Assembly: GCF_006345805.1 (NCBI RefSeq)
Contig: NW_021829069.1
Location: forward strand, 1 to 7,016
Reading direction: 5' to 3'
DNA length: 7,016 bases
DNA from: Octopus sinensis
Lineage: Eukaryota
Shown here: positions 6,754 through 7,016 of the stretch, piece after piece
How positions within the stretch are numbered: position 1 is the stretch's first letter
Layout of the letters: the number at the start of each line of letters is the position of its first letter
Notes under the pieces: generated by a model
The model's input: only the letters and a program-made list of their open reading frames with translations
Database searches by the model: none
Told to the model about the DNA's origin: nothing
Program-made: the position numbers and the translations under genes

Positions 6754-7016
6754 AAAGAAAACAAACGATGCTGGATGATAGATATAGCATGCCCAGCTGA
6801 CAAGGAGGTATGCGATAAGGAAGAAAGAAAAGTTGAGAGATACGACAGGTTAGCTTGGGAAGTTAAGCAGTTGTGGTCAATGAAACAGGTAGCGGTATTA
6901 ACAATAATAGTCGGAGCCATGGGAAGAGTGAGCAAAATTCTCGAGAAGTACGTGGAACAAATTGAGGCTGCAATAAGGCGGAGCACTTGCAGAAACAGCA
7001 GTGCATGGAACCGCTC
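6754..7016 (+). pseudogene. C-terminal half of the restriction-like endonuclease domain of the LINE
   Basis: KENKRCWMIDIACPADKEVCDKEERKVERYDRLAWEVKQLWSMKQVAVLTIIVGAMGRVSK matches the D...E..K.Y..L pattern of RLE domains; frameshifted LQKTAVHGTA follows. Confidence 0.85.

Larger units (their letters stand above)
5297..7016 (+). mobile_element. Dead, 5'-truncated non-LTR retrotransposon with RT and restriction-like endonuclease (R4/Dong-like clade); continues beyond the window
   Basis: Collinear motifs across stops and frameshifts: LPHEQ.GC, TKDQLLVDK, RKTNL...IDYRKA*DMIP.SW, GILHWDCLS (degenerate QGD motif), NHLLFMDDLKLY (FMDD at 5742-5753), YKYLG, KLNGRNK, HPRSNTDRLYLPRKRGGRGL, KRMRGQF, WLWMTKSDLKK, then the RLE segment CWMIDIACPAD...KVERYDRLAWEVKQLW...IIVGAMG and LQKTAVHGTA. 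The element class is very secure; the clade assignment is from motif recall. Confidence 0.93.

Noticed and set aside
5143-6986. Minus-strand ORFs 5143-5364, 5474-5758, 5491-5709, 6186-6527 and 6741-6986
   Set aside because: They are antisense shadows of the LINE coding sequence or of the TAA/GAT microsatellite.
1-7016. CRISPR array, rRNA or prokaryotic operon features
   Set aside because: No regularly spaced repeat-spacer units or rRNA-like sequence; the window is clearly eukaryotic repeat-rich DNA.

Overview
This is AT-rich eukaryotic intergenic or intronic DNA dense in microsatellites. No intact protein-coding gene is supportable. The SINE families and the microsatellite load look like a cephalopod (Octopus-type) genome, but that rests on recall, not a search. 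The right quarter (about 5297 to the window end, +) is a dead, 5'-truncated non-LTR retrotransposon with an RT domain and a C-terminal restriction-like endonuclease (R4/Dong-like). A full-length tRNA-derived SINE interrupts it with a 10-bp target-site duplication, and an internal deletion removes its zinc knuckle. Three more SINE fragments lie at 631-1606. Two structures are not explained by these repeats. (1) A degenerate minimal type I hammerhead-ribozyme motif at 2659-2703, with the palindromic helix III typical of Penelope-like elements. (2) Two crossing pairs of inverted repeats at 1650-2342. These resolve into two opposite-strand copies of a ~230-bp, possibly coding and exon-like sequence, one nested inside the other. 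An isolated candidate minus-strand exon lies at 4907-5004. Nearly all ORFs in the supplied track are microsatellite or antisense artefacts.
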